DNA from: Octopus vulgaris
Lineage: Eukaryota
Assembly (NCBI GenBank): GCA_951406725.2
Contig: OX597826.1
Location: 3,100,001-3,164,000 of the forward strand
DNA length: 64,000 nucleotides
Reading direction: 5' to 3'
The notes beneath the pieces were generated by a model. The model was not told where the DNA came from, did not search any database, and saw only the letters and a list, made by a program, of their open reading frames with translations. Shown in pieces: positions 43,337 through 58,640 of the stretch (position 1 is its first letter; each line of letters begins with the position of its first letter). The translations under genes and the position numbers were made by a program.

Positions 43337-43551
43337 TTGAGTAGCGAGTAAAGAAGAGCTGAGTAGAGTTGAGTAGAAGTCATCCGAAGGTGCGACGTAA
43401 CAAATTATAATGTTACTTTGTAAAAAAAAATCAAATATTTTAAGTAAAAATTATTGTTCTGTACTTTACGAGATGAAACAAATTGTCCCGAACTTTTCCA
43501 AGTGTAATAACTTGTCCTGTAATCTTCCAGGTTTATAATCTTAAGAATATT
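41290..43551. mobile_element. Fragmented PLE-like element with nested inverted repeats and hammerhead core
   Basis: 41338-41375 inverted at ~41540-41577; 41582-41702 inverted at 43435-43551; minus CTGATGA..GAAA-CAGCTG at 41376-41413. Confidence 0.6.
42451..42501 (-). ncRNA. Hammerhead-like fold with G3-C8 core variant
   Basis: TTTGTCA-GTGAACA-GCTCGC..GCAAC-GAAA-ATAT-TT-TGACAAA; perfect 7 bp stem I; lies in a (TA)n-flanked element (42369-42512) related to 56733-56911. Confidence 0.5.
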
Positions 43552-44340
43552 ATTTCTCTTGCGCGCATTTTTCTATGTAATCCATGTTTTATTCTAGGCT
43601 ATGCTGTTATGCTAATTAATAATGTGTCAAATGTGTAAATTAGCGGTGTCGTTGATAATGTTTTCCTTACTGCCATGACACCCGACACATATATTAAAAG
43701 ACTTCTTGTAGAAATATATTCATAAAAAATCTAAAGAACTATATTATCACCCTCAAATTTGAGAAACAAGCACTCATAACGTTTCTCTTTTAAAACTTCA
43801 TTGCATGAGATTAATACAATGAAATTCTTCGAATTGAGCTCTAGTATTTAAGCTTAATTAAAATATAGTTTATTTCTAAAATAAGAAAGTTAATTATACT
43901 TAAATCCAGTTTCTGGACTTACGTATATTGTCTTCATGATATTTTACCTCACAACGTTTTTGATACAAATTTTTGTTACATAGCAAGAAAGCTATGGAAT
44001 AATTCATGCTTTTGTCTTATCATTAAAGATAAAATAGATATTTCTTGCTCTTCAAATAAAAAAGTTATCTGGATCTAAACTTGATTGAGGGCGTTACTTA
44101 CTCTCCAATAACATTGCCACAAATTGTGATGTAAACTTTTTTATACTGGATCAAATCTCAGTTTAATTTTTTATGCGAAAATGTAGTTAAGGACCAGTGC
44201 TCTTCAAAAATGTTGACAGTTTTCAGTTTTGTTAAGAACTGAAACGTGGTGCGTGTGAGTAAATTGCAGCCTTAAGAATATTATTTGACTACTACTGAAA
44301 TTGAATGATATATGAATATATATTTATATATATATGTATG

Positions 44341-44410
<70 letters not shown>

Positions 44411-44440
44411 TATATACACGCACACACACACACATATAAA

Positions 44441-44654
44441 TAGGGAGCAGGGAGCAAAAGTCTCTTGGCGTTGGAGAAAAGAAAATGAATTAAGTTTGAC
44501 TTTATTCAACATATTCCCCCCTCAATTTCACACACTTTTTGCATCGGTCCGTCGTTCTTTTTGAACCCTGTAAAAGAACTCGGAAGGTTGGACCTCCCGC
44601 CAGGCCTTTCGCAATACCCTTGGAGCCAGAAACCTTTTCACCAATCTCCCGTAT
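44441..44654 (-). mobile_element. Mariner-derived MITE
   Basis: Retains the mariner C-terminus RCKKCVKLRG-EYVE*; imperfect TIRs; TA flanks. Confidence 0.75.
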
Positions 44655-45084
44655 ATATATCTGGCTGTATTCAACGAGAATTTTCTCTTCGAATGAGCCT
44701 GTTTATTATTTAGTGAAAATAATATTTTTTTTCATGGTTATATACCAATCAGTAGAAATTAACATTTCGTAATTGTTTTCTACATTGTAGTTCTACTCCA
44801 CATGTTTTTATAGCCACGAATATAAACGGGATACATTACATAGTTCGCATGATGACACCTTTACACAGATTTACATGGAATATTATATTTACTTCATACG
44901 ATGGCACACAGCTTTACAGAAATAATCCTCTTCACATGCACTCATGTGTATACAATTGTGCTCTGTGTAATAACATACCTACCTAGTTGGCACAAAATCA
45001 TTGAACAAAAACTTTTATCAGTGTAGCGCCAAGAGGGCCATGTGAGATCATTCGTTATTATCAACATACTGGTATATTATGGAG

Positions 45085-45136
<52 letters not shown>

Positions 45137-45259
45137 AGTTGTATACATACACACATCCCAGTAGTAGTAGGTTATATACATCCGAAGATTACTAAGGAGT
45201 TAAAATTGAAAATAATATTTAAAAAATCATTAAAAAATCAGAGAATTCTAATATATCTT

Positions 45260-45640
45260 CTTGATATTCATTATCTCAATCTCTCAAATCAACTTTTCAA
45301 TTACATTTGAATTTGAAATATTCTGGATACCATTGCAAGTTAGTAATTTCAGCAGACCTGTAATAGCTTGTTTCTCTAACATTGTTTCAAAGAATGCTAT
45401 GATTGCAGGTACTATGGTTGATACTTGTTTCATGCGCAAAGCAGTCATAGGCATCAAGGAAAACAATCTCAGCACCTTACATTTGACCCAGCTGTACATT
45501 GAAAAAATGACGGATAACAAGATCGTGAAAGCCCCAACAGCACCCTCATGTACACATTGAATCTGATTAGTCTGAGGCATCGGGAATGAAGTGATTTTTT
45601 CCAACACACATGCTTCCACCTCTTTCAAGATGAACCCTAG
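45260..45640 (+). mobile_element. Decayed LINE (CR1/L2-like) RT fragment
   Basis: NFSRPVIACFSNIVSK...GIKENNLSTLHLTQLY resembles NYRPVSLTS.VSK...GFR..RST.TQL. Confidence 0.35.
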
Positions 45641-46967
45641 ATCTTATAATCATGGAGTTGATATAGAAGTAAAAATTAAGACACACGCATTCATCCGGAA
45701 AATACTTGCTGAAATATATACATATGTTAGTCGAAGCAACTATAAACTATAACAGACTACATACAATCCAGGTTCTTAGCATGACACGTGTCTTCCGCGC
45801 ACTTGTTTCGAAACGTATGCAGCTTAGCTACTGTGAGACCACTAGAATACAGTAGACAGAAAAGCAGAAATTTCAACTGCTTCTATTAGTTTTGCTAAGT
45901 GTCAAAATGAAAGTAGAGTAATAGTGTCCTTAAGCCACTGCATTGCTACATAGTAGATTTTCTGGAGATTACTGCGGTCTATGGCGTCATAAATATGATC
46001 AATAAACGGATAATATTACTCTGAATGTAGTTAATGTAGAATTCTAAATAGAGAATTAATTTCCTCATCACGGCCCATAAACATCATCCGTTATTTTAGC
46101 TTACAGCTGCATACATCCTTGCTTAAAGGCAATATCTTGTCGATTAGATAATTTAGATTCTGATGAACGTCTAGCATGGTTGAACATATCATATAGATAC
46201 AGGATAATGATCATAATTCTTCCCAATTCTCTGTTATATTTCTGTCTATACTAAAACGATATCGTATCCGCTGGGTTGTGAAGCTTAGCCCCAAATATTC
46301 TTCAAATATGTACTCTTCACCTGTATAGGCTATAGTGTCTGACGCTCCCCAAGCTGTAGCGTAAACACAAGTTAATTTTATTTTCATAGCCTTCAAACTT
46401 ATATAATTCCCATTGTACTTATGTTCTTCCATCAGGTTTTAATCAGAAATTCAGGTTGAATATAAATAATACATCACTTTACTTGTGTGAGACGCTTGCT
46501 TGTTTGAGAATCCTATATGCCTGAAAGCAAATTGTGTTAGATTATAATAAGAACATTATTCTTGAAAGTCCGCTCAGAAGCATTTCAATTTTTCTATAGC
46601 CGAATTCCTTGAATTTGTTATCAATAAAATTTATGATATACACCTTTATATTATGAAACTCCTGTATTTAATCATTGAAATGTATGTTATTAATATTTAG
46701 ATGGCGGTAAACTGGCAGAAATTTTAGAAAGTCGGCAAAATGCCTTGCAGTTTTTGTTACTGCCTTTACATTCTTATTTCTAATCCTGCCAAATATTGTT
46801 TTGTCTTTCATCCCTCCAGCTTTAAAGAATACAGTAGTCGGCAACTAATACGGACAGCATAAACAAATAAGCTCCTATCTTCATAAAGGTGGCTTTTTTG
46901 TGCCTAAAACTCACAATTATTTCGATAGCTGAAATTGCTGATTTTTATTTACAAATTATTTTATAGG

Positions 46968-47402
46968 TAGGCGTAGAAGTGGCTGTGTGGTAAGTAGCTT
47001 GCTTAGGGACCACATGGTTCCGGGTGCAGTCCCACTGCGTGGCAAACTGGGCAGGTGTCTTCAACTATAGCCTCATCCGACCAAACCCTTGTGAGTGGAT
47101 TTGGTAGACGGAAACTGAAAGAAGCCCGTCGTATATATATATATATATATGTATATACATATATATATATATATGTGTGTGTATATATATATATATATGC
47201 GTGCGTGTGTGTGTTTGTGCGTCTGTGTTTGTCCCCCAATATCGCTTGTCAACCGAGGCTGGTGTGTTTACGTCCCCGTAACTTAGCGGTTCGGCAAAAG
47301 AGACCGATAGAATAAGTCCTGGGGACGATTTGCTCGACTAACGGCGGTGCTCCAGCATGGCCACAGTGGAATAACTGAAACAAGTAAAAGTGTAAAAGAG
47401 AG
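46968..47402 (+). mobile_element. SINE group A, full length
   Basis: High similarity to 7841-8245. Confidence 0.9.
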
Positions 47403-48004
47403 TATGTTATTATCTGCAATCCCCAACACAATGCCGTTTACCTTGAAAGTAGAGCTCGGATACGAAAGTCTTAATGATATCCAATAACTCTCTAGTCATG
47501 GGACTTGGAGCTACCATTAACGATTTTGAAATCTGTGTGTGGAGTAACTGATTGCTATACGTTAATACACGTTACATTAAGATAGTTGTAATTTTATTGT
47601 GGAAAGTGATAATAAATGTCAAAAGAGTAGTCAACATTAAATATTCACAAATACTTGGAAACAATGTATATGAAGATGTATGCAGATTTAGAATTTGAAA
47701 CTTTAGATTGTTAAATAGTTTTCAAATTTTAATATTTAATGAGAAATCAATATTTAATGAAGTATATAATTGCAATGCTAGACAACAATTATAATATATT
47801 GCACACGTTAACTATTAGAAGTGAAAATTATTTACTAAACATAATACACTGGTAACAATGAAAAGCTGATAAATTTCTCATTTGCTGGCAGAATGGTTAG
47901 TCCAGAGATATGATGATGCTGCAGACAATATGAGCAACGGTATCTCTGCTGCAGACAATAACTGGCACTGAGTGTGGGGATGTGATAGGAAGATATTCGT
48001 CTAC

Positions 48005-48305
48005 AACGACTGAAACTCTGTCGCTTACGACGACGCGGGTTCCAGTTGATCGGAGCAACGTAAGATCTTGCTCGTGCAATTAATGTGGAAGTGATTTAAC
48101 ACTCTGCAGTCACGTGTATCCTTAACGTTGCTCTCATGGAGAGACAAGACTGGCCATTTGAAATACAGAAACTACTCATTTTTGCTAACTGTGTGGACTG
48201 GAGCAATGTATAATAAAGTGTCTTGCTCAAGGACACCACGCGCATCAGGTATCGAAATCGTTAACTTACGATCGCGAGTCAAATAACCTAACCACTTAGC
48301 CACAC
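48005..48305 (-). mobile_element. SINE group C, tail type 3
   Basis: Similar to 22703-23022. Confidence 0.75.
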
Positions 48306-48449
48306 GATGATTTGACAGCCCAAAAAGAATAAGTGTCTTCTCAGCAATCCGACTTGGTGGATGTACCATCACATATAAATAAGTGGATGATAAAGATGCT
48401 CCCCGTACTTATAACTAGGTTTGTAAAGAGAGGGAGCAAATGCGGGGCG

Positions 48450-48860
48450 AAAGAAGAATGACAGAATTTTCCAGAAAGAACAAAGAACTCATAAAGGAAT
48501 AACGATCTAAAGTCTATGAAATGATGGAGATAAGCTTAAGCCTTTTTTTTTTAAGGAAAAAATTCCCCGGTGATTACGGAAATTATCTCCTGCGTACGAG
48601 ACCCCATTTATTGGAAAGTTAATCTCCTTTCCGTTAAAAAATATACGTCTTCTATTGTGAAAGGAGAACCTGTTTCCTGTAAAGGGAAATTATGTCCTCC
48701 CTATTTTAAATGGTTTTAACTGTCCCACGCCGTATCAACCACTTTTTGCTAGAGGATATACATATATATAAATATATGTTCAATGACGATTCAAACGAAA
48801 CGCTGATCAAGAAATAGATGGCACAAAATAATAAAGTCCTACAAGACTGTTTACGATATG
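48450..48860 (+). mobile_element. Possible decayed LINE RT N-terminal fragment
   Basis: KKFPGDYG resembles GKSPGxDG, followed by a weak VLPI..G-like motif. Confidence 0.3.
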
Positions 48861-48915
48861 TTATTTTCTCAGTAACAACAGTCGTGGCCAAAAGTTCAGA
48901 ACCTATTTTTGCATA

Positions 48916-49269
48916 TATTATTTACATTTGACGGATATTTGTCATCTTTTTTGTCGTTAACACAACGTTTCGGCTGATATATCCTCCAGCCTTCATTTTA
49001 CGAGTTAGTTTGTGATAGAGTTTCTCTATATGTCATCATTGAAGTCTAATGTCGGCTCCGTACCGATTAAATAATAGAGTTCAAAGAGGAAGAATTATGT
49101 ACCTTATTTACATTTGACGGATATTTATGTTTGTTGTTAACATAACGTTCCGGGTGGAGGGTATATCAGCCGAAACGTTGTGTTATCAAGAAACAAGATG
49201 AGGACAAATATCCGTCAAATGTAAATAATATAAAAAGGTACACAATTCCTCATCTCTTAAATATGGAAA
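48916..49269. mobile_element. Fold-back PLE-like element with partial hammerhead motifs and ~13 bp TSD
   Basis: Arms repeated directly and inverted; TGA-A-GGCTG..CAGCC-GAAA-CGTT; flanks ctatttttgcata (48903) and ctattttcgcata (49270). Confidence 0.75.
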
Positions 49270-50462
49270 CTATTTTCGCATACTATTTATGTGAAAATGT
49301 TAATGGACGTGAAAAGCAGTGATGGTCAAATCTTCTGACAAGCGGCCGATAACGCTCCGACACCTCTGGTTTTCCTTGGGTTTTAAGTAACTCACTCCAA
49401 AACGTCTAAAAGTACGAGAGACTAGATATGTATCTTGGATTAACGATGGCACTATGTAGATCTATTCCTTGTTTTTTTAAAAATTCTAACAAATTACGAT
49501 TAAGTTTCCCGGATACGCCGATGTGGATAAAATGCAGCGTGTCACACAAACTGTATCTTCATGGATATTCTCTAGACCACTAGAGAGGGGTAGCAAGTGT
49601 TTTTCACAGTTACAAGTTCTCTGCTACACTGACCTAAAATTTCTGACCTGTAGGTAGACCTAGATAACTTTCCCAGGTAGCGAACCAGCTAAAGGCAGTT
49701 GTACGAATATTTTTAGTACCACTAATTTACGAGAACAAATTAGTGAATTAGTTAAATGCATTTTACTCTAAGCAAGCATAAAAATAAACATGCACGCATA
49801 CACACATGGATATGAATATAAAGGAGTATATCTCTATTGACTGTGATAACGTGCGCCTCAATGTGTTGGGTTCACGATAATGATGTTATACTTTCGATTC
49901 CTTGGGCTGGCGGTTCAGAGCATCAACAAGTCTTTCTGTGGGGGACAGAGCGTACGACAGATTGATCTTCAGAATATATATATGTATATATAGGTGTCCA
50001 TTTTTTTTACATGAAAATTATATTGGTTGCCGTTGTCAGGATATCATTACATATAATATCATGACCAGTGTTGTATGACATTTTAACACATTTTAAAATT
50101 CATAAGTGAAATGTCTCTACGATTTCCCATTTGACCAGGACATTAAAAATCACGAAACACACCTATTTATTATGAAAAGGAAAGATGAAGATAATCTTTG
50201 ATAAAACATGTCGAAATTTGTTGATAAAATACTTGAAGTTATGTATTTTAATTGATATCATGGTCGAATATTATCAATGTATACAAGTGTAGACATAAGT
50301 ACATACAGAAATATATATTTGCCAGTGTTTGGGAGCGGAAAAACTATATACACACATACATACAGACAGACAGACAGGGAGGGAGGGAGGGAGACAGGGA
50401 GACAGGGAGACAGGCATAAATAAATACATATAAATATATATGTATGTGTATATATATATGTC

Positions 50463-50543
<81 letters not shown>

Positions 50544-50568
50544 GTATATGTATATCTATATCTATATC

Positions 50569-50617
<49 letters not shown>

Positions 50618-50890
50618 CGATGGATGTGTATGCGTGTGAATACATATGTGTATATATTTATAGTCATGCGTGTCAGCGCTGTGCTAATATAATCTATCGC
50701 AAATTTCGTTCTCTAAATGACCTTTGAGTGTCAGTATTTAATTTAATATAATATTTGTTCTCCCTATCATTTTGATTGGTATAATTTCCCTATGGAAACT
50801 TCGTATTCTAAAGTATATTATTTATCTGATCTCAAGTGAAATAATGTTCTATCGTCCAATCCAGATTAAAAACAAATGCGACAAACAACC

Positions 50891-50944
<54 letters not shown>

Positions 50945-51065
50945 GATTGCATATGCATTTAGATATATATACATATTTACACACACATATATATATGTAC
51001 ACATTTATACGTATATATATATGTATATATATATATATATCCAATTGCTTATGTACGTATATCTA

Positions 51066-51103
<38 letters not shown>

Positions 51104-51171
51104 TGCATGTATAACAGATTATATTATAGATGTGCATATATATATGTATGTATATTTATTTATATAAATAT

Positions 51172-51219
<48 letters not shown>

Positions 51220-52090
51220 GTACATATATACGTATTTACATATATATATATAAAGGCAAATTGATACATATATATATGAGTTTATGTGTGCATGTATATG
51301 TGTGTCTGTGTATGTGTGTATGTATTTTTATGTATGTATACAGAGAGACAGAAAGCGAGAATATAAGAATTAAGCATGGGGGCCCAATACAAATATAAAA
51401 GCAAAACTAATTTTCTTCTTGTAAGGATGACATTTCCGCAACGCGTGTTGACAGTATTACATTAAAATGTATTTTATTCAACAGACGATGCTTGTTTGTT
51501 TCTCAAAATAGTTTTATAAATTTCATACACACACAATCATACACAAATACACACAAACACACACAATTATATATATGTATTTAAACACAGATACACAAAG
51601 GCATATATATATATATATATTTACACACATAAACGTGCCATGCACATGCGCACAAACAAATACACACTCACACGTGCACGTTACCTAATGATAATCATAA
51701 TATTGACTCTTTTGGCAATTCATACTCTCTCTGTACCACTAATGCCGTGACAGTGTCTAGTTGTAAAAATTAGATTTGATATTTTCAAATAATATGGGTG
51801 TGTGCGTGTGTGCCTCTCTGTGTATATATATGTATATATATGTATATATATGTATATATATGTATATATATATATATATATGTTTATATATATATATATA
51901 TATGCATATATATATATGTATATATATGTGTATATATATATATACGCATATAAATATAAATATATATATGTATATATATATATATATATATATGCATATA
52001 CATAATATATAGATGTATATACATACACAGCTATTTTTAAGTAGACATGCACTCACACACATTATACATACACACATACATATATATATG

Positions 52091-52140
<50 letters not shown>

Positions 52141-52477
52141 GATATAGTTTTGTATGTATGAATGTACGTAAGTATGTATGCATGTACATATACATTTTCG
52201 TAGTGGACCATCGCTTCTTTTTCTGTGTGCCTCTGCGTGGCGTACGACCATTTGAAATTCCATACATTGCTATATAGAACGCAGTAAATTATAAAGAAAT
52301 AAAGGAAAAGCTCTGAATAAAAAAATAACAATATTCAAAGAATAAAATGTTACAAAAACAAAATGAAATAATATAACATACAAGTGTTAATATGCCGAAA
52401 AACATATCATGTGAATGAATAAGTGAAATATTGCTAATTTGCTATACTGACTTATTCCTGCCACTTCTCTAGAATTG

Positions 52478-53420
<943 letters not shown>

Positions 53421-53916
53421 TAATAATATTATTGTTTCTTAGTTGTTGATCATTTGTTCTGTATTGTATTCATTATTTATTTATTGCAGTATAGATTGTT
53501 TTCTATATATTTATGTTTAATTCAATTTCTTGTTTATATCCCTAATAAATATTCGGTTCATTTAACGTTTTTAAAAAAAATATTTCACAAGTCAAAATAA
53601 AACACAATATAATATTTTGTATAATGTTGTCATGTCTATACATACATGTATATATATATATATATGATGTGTGGACGTGTGTATGTGTATGATTATTTTT
53701 ACTTTTCGTTGTTGGAAAAATTTCATAAAATGACGCTTGAATGATTTCATAAAAATCTTTTCTCAAGTTAGGATTATACTTCATTCTGCTCCCACACAAT
53801 ACCTTAATCTTACAGACCATGAAACGAAATGAAATCTATTTATACGCCTCGAATGAGACGCTACCGAATATTGATATTGAAAAGCTCATCAATCAGAAAA
53901 ACCGTATATGTGTACG

Positions 53917-53961
<45 letters not shown>

Positions 53962-53998
53962 GTATATATATATGTATGTATGTATATATACATATATG

Positions 53999-54038
<40 letters not shown>

Positions 54039-54141
54039 TATACATATATATATATACATACATATATATATATACGTATATGTATGTGCATGTATATCTA
54101 TACTATATATATGCCTACACATAAGTATAAGTGTATGTGTA

Positions 54142-54179
<38 letters not shown>

Positions 54180-54929
54180 CGTATTAAATGATATGGGTAT
54201 ATGTATGTTACTGTATATACGTGTGTTTTATATATATATATATATGGGTGGATGTCTTGCTATCGCAATATATGCACACAAAATTGCAGATATATACATA
54301 TATATAGATGTGTGTGTGTGTGTGTTTGTGCGCGTATGTATGTATATTTACACATATATACGTACGTACATATATATATATGCATTTATCCATGCATAAA
54401 TATACATACATACATAAATAGATATATATATATATGAGTACATATATACATGCCTATATATTGAAAGTAGTACGAGAGGGAGAGAGCGAAAGAGAAAGTG
54501 AGGGAGAGAGAGGATGTGCGGGAAAGAGAGGAGATAGAAAGAGAAGGCGATCTGAAAGAAGATCACTAAGACACTTTGGGAAAACTTAGAGTTGCCCTGT
54601 AGTTATAAGCGATGGATGCTACAAGTTACCATTCCTGTAACAGCAGAGAATTGAGTGTAAATAGGATATAAAATACTGCATGACCAAAAAGAAAAACCAA
54701 AACAATATATATATAAATGAGCGCTGCGTGCCTGAAGTTTCGATGTTAATCATTCGGATCAAAAGGTAGCTTCGTTTCCAACTGTCATATCTTTGGTACA
54801 ATCCAAATATTTGAAAGATAGAATGATAGTACCCTTGAATGAAGATTTAGGAACTGGGTATGATGTTGATGATGGTGCTCATGATGAGATGTACGAGAAG
54901 TTGAAAAAGAAAGTGTGCGTAAGAGGATG

Positions 54930-54946
54930 GCAATGATGATGATAGC

Positions 54947-54980
<34 letters not shown>

Positions 54981-55000
54981 TTGGTGGTGATGAAGATGGG

Positions 55001-55046
<46 letters not shown>

Positions 55047-55276
55047 TGTAGTGATGATGATCGCGATGATGGTGATTATGATGATGATGATGATGATGAT
55101 GATGATGGTGATTATGATGATGATGTTTGTGATGTTGATGGTGAGTCGTGAGGGGAAAGAATACGTTTACGATCGTGATAATGTTGATGATGAAGATGAT
55201 TATGATGTCGATCACGATTTTTATGGCATTTAGGATGAGGATAGCGTCGAAGAGAATGACGACGACTGCGATGGTA

Positions 55277-55308
<32 letters not shown>

Positions 55309-55515
55309 GATGAAGCGGTGGCAGTGACACTGGTGGTGTTGATAAGGAATACGATGAAAATGAGGATAATGTTGGCTATGATGATTATGATGCCAATGAG
55401 GATGCTGACGATACGATGCTCATGAAGACGATGATGATGTTGATATTTGTAATATTTTCGGAGTGTTGGAGGAGGAAGTAGAAGTAGAAGAAAAATATGA
55501 TGATGATTACGAGGT

Positions 55516-55583
<68 letters not shown>

Positions 55584-55681
55584 GTGGTGTTGATGATGAT
55601 GATGATGGTGTTGATGCTGATGCTGTTGATGATGAAGAATAAGAGTAAGAAGAAGATTAAGAAGAAGAGAAAGGAGAGGAA

Positions 55682-55728
<47 letters not shown>

Positions 55729-55768
55729 AGAAGAAGAAGAAGAAGAAGAAGAAGAAGAAGAAGAAGAA

Positions 55769-55802
<34 letters not shown>

Positions 55803-55965
55803 GTGAAGCTGATGCTGATGAAGATAATGAAGAAGGCAAAAAAGCAGAAAGAAAAAAATTATTCTGAACAAAGGAAGAAATAAATAAATATAGAAAGAAA
55901 GAAAGAAATATAGAAAGAAAGAAAGAAAGAAAGGAAGGAAGAAAGAAAGAAAGAAAGAAAGAAAA
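54930..55965. repeat. Degenerate (GAT)n/(GAA)n/(GAAA)n tract
   Basis: Direct reading. Confidence 0.9.
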
Positions 55966-56732
55966 AATGACAGCAAAGCGTGATTAAGAGTTAAACGGAG
56001 TAAATACAATAACCACAACGCAACAGGACCAATACCTACAGCAACAAAAATTAATTTAAACACGAAAATATTTAAGATATGGATTTAGAAGTAGAACCCC
56101 AATTATTCTGAATAATCCTAAACGATGATACGGTATATTTGAAGAAATTGTGAGATGAATACGCTGAGAGATTGTAAAACTGAATAAATTCATAACTTAG
56201 ATAGGGTAATGTTTAATTTGTGTCACATTCACTTTTCTTGGCATTTTGAAAATACTTTACACAAATTCCCGTGTGACTACACGTAATTCGTGGATATTTC
56301 CCCTACTGTTAGTACAAATACATGCCCGTATTTGACAGTTTAAGGGCGTAAGATTTATTTGAAATATAATACGCACAGTCTTAATTTATTATAACATTTT
56401 GCAATGGTAATTCTGCTACAAGAGACTATTTCTTAAATATCTTTAATCCTTTTACCTGTTTCATTCATGAAGAATATTACTTGAAATTATTCTTTTGTTA
56501 CTTTTTTTTTATTATTTTAACGCCCACCATTTATTCTCCCGGATCTCTTTTACCTAAGTTCTAAGCCACGATAACAAAAAATGCACCTACACAAATTTTC
56601 AAGTAGTGGTGCAGGACAAACAGACACACAAATTTATACACACACATACACACAAATATACATACACACATGCATACATTTATACATGAGATACATGAGT
56701 GTGTGTTTGTGTGCTTGTATATATATATATAT

Positions 56733-56911
56733 TACGGAGATGTACTTGCATAGCAAGTGACTTGATCTGAGATCGTGTGCTAGAACGAAAACAATTGCAG
56801 CGTGGAACGTGTTTGTAAGCCATTTAAGAAACACACAAAAGCCGTTGAAGTGAATCAAACGGCTTTTGTGTCTTTCTTAAATGGCTTACAAACACCTTCA
56901 ACGCTGCAATT
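56733..56911 (-). mobile_element. Fold-back mini element in (TA)n
   Basis: Hairpin 56793-56846 / 56858-56911 plus unique tail 56733-56792; arm matches 42369-42425. Confidence 0.75.
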
Positions 56912-56920
56912 ATATATATA

Positions 56921-57432
56921 CTAGCAGTATCGCCCGGCGTTGCTCGGGTTTGTAAGGGAAATAACTATATAAGCATTTTTAGAGAGTTACTTCCCTTATA
57001 GATGCCAATTTGGGCTTTCTTCGCCATTTCTGTTTTGGTGTCTTCAAGCCATGAAGTCGTTGTTCTAAAAGAACGCTGGTCTCCTTGACAAGGCTTTACG
57101 ACGTTAATTTCCTTACACTCCCTTCCCCACAGCTTCACGAGGGAGGGAAGAAGGGGTGAAGCAAACAGGTGCAGGTGTGACCATGGACACCAACTCCGCC
57201 GCCATCGGCACACGAAAAATTATGCATTAAAATGGAATAAAAAATGATGTTAAATTATTTTTAAAATCGAAGTCTCATTGTAGACGTGCGCTAATACTCA
57301 GACGGGCTCGATATGAATCACGACTATAAGATACACGAATTTGGTTAAACTGCACCGCAAAATGTGGGAGGAGTTAGGAATCTAAATCGAAGGGGACAGA
57401 CACTCACACAACTACAGTTTTATATATATAGA
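56921..57432 (-). mobile_element. Non-autonomous Helitron, second copy
   Basis: Reverse complement of 8262-8767 with CTAG and TC termini intact. Confidence 0.85.
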
Positions 57433-57448
57433 TATGTATATATATATA

Positions 57449-57632
57449 TAGGGTAAATTCACAAAAAAGACAAAAGACAAAGATAGGTGGTGTAGATAAG
57501 AAACATATGTATTTGTATAACGCTCGGGAAGTGAAAAAGTCATTAACGTTTCGAACCTAAGCTCTTCCACAGAAAGGAACACAGAAAGAACCAAGGAGGG
57601 AAAATAAAGAATATGTAGTGTCTAGCGATGCA
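57449..57632 (-). mobile_element. Solo PLE pseudo-LTR
   Basis: Homologous to 58641-58830, the 3' end of the adjacent PLE. Confidence 0.75.
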
Positions 57633-58640
57633 GATATATACCTGAATATAAACATATACATAATTACATACATATACAGACACATAGACACACGCATAGA
57701 CACACACACACAAACACATATATATATATACATATATATATAGCAGGTTTATTTCACTTCTTGCTTCCGAAATCTACCCACAATGATTTAGTGGACAAGT
57801 TAATTGTGAAAGATAGTAACGCAAGCTGCAACGTAGTTGGACTGCATCCGTACCATTTGATCGGGTGGCAAATGACTTCCCTATCTCTTACTACTGCGCC
57901 TGTATATATATATACTGTTAGTGTGGTTATTGCTTGTGTTTATACAGGCTACTTAAGTAATTACTCTGATATACACTACGCTGTAGAATGTGTGCATAGT
58001 GCAATCAGATAAAGTTATTGCATATATAAACTAAGTAACTTTTATGTACGGGTCATCGTTGACCTGCAGTATACGGCTGTATAGTGTCACACACAGGAAA
58101 TCGAACGTATAGCCCTTGACAGAGGAGAACTTAATATGACCACATCGCAGACCTCGATAAGAGAAAATAGGAGAAATTATACATAGGAAATGATGGTTAA
58201 ATTAGTTGGTTTGAATGTGCAATTGTTGCAGCGTAGCCGCTGATCAGTGCCATTTGATTTGGTACAGTTCTGCTATTTGAAGAATGTACTAAATGTGATA
58301 ATCCCATCTCGATTTTCAAATGTATATGCATGCATACATATGTGAGTTCCTGTATGTATGTGGTTGCATGCATGTATGTGTTTAGGTATGTATTTGTTAC
58401 ATACGGCCAAGCTGGAGCTGAGCCTTCCCGGTTTCTAATTGAACAAACCATATTTTACTTATTTCGTAAAGCCTGGTCCTTTTTTGCCAGCCTCTAGGTG
58501 AAACGCAAAGCAACATAGACGTAAACAATCCTATGCCGCTTGTCAAGTGGTGGTATAGAACAATCAAAACAAGACATAAAGAAACAAACACTCAAAAACA
58601 CACACACACTCTCTCACTCACACACACATTCATATATATA

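Noticed and set aside
54540-54830. Possible hAT dimerisation-domain remnant (TIPVTA)
   Set aside because: Too short and degenerate to support
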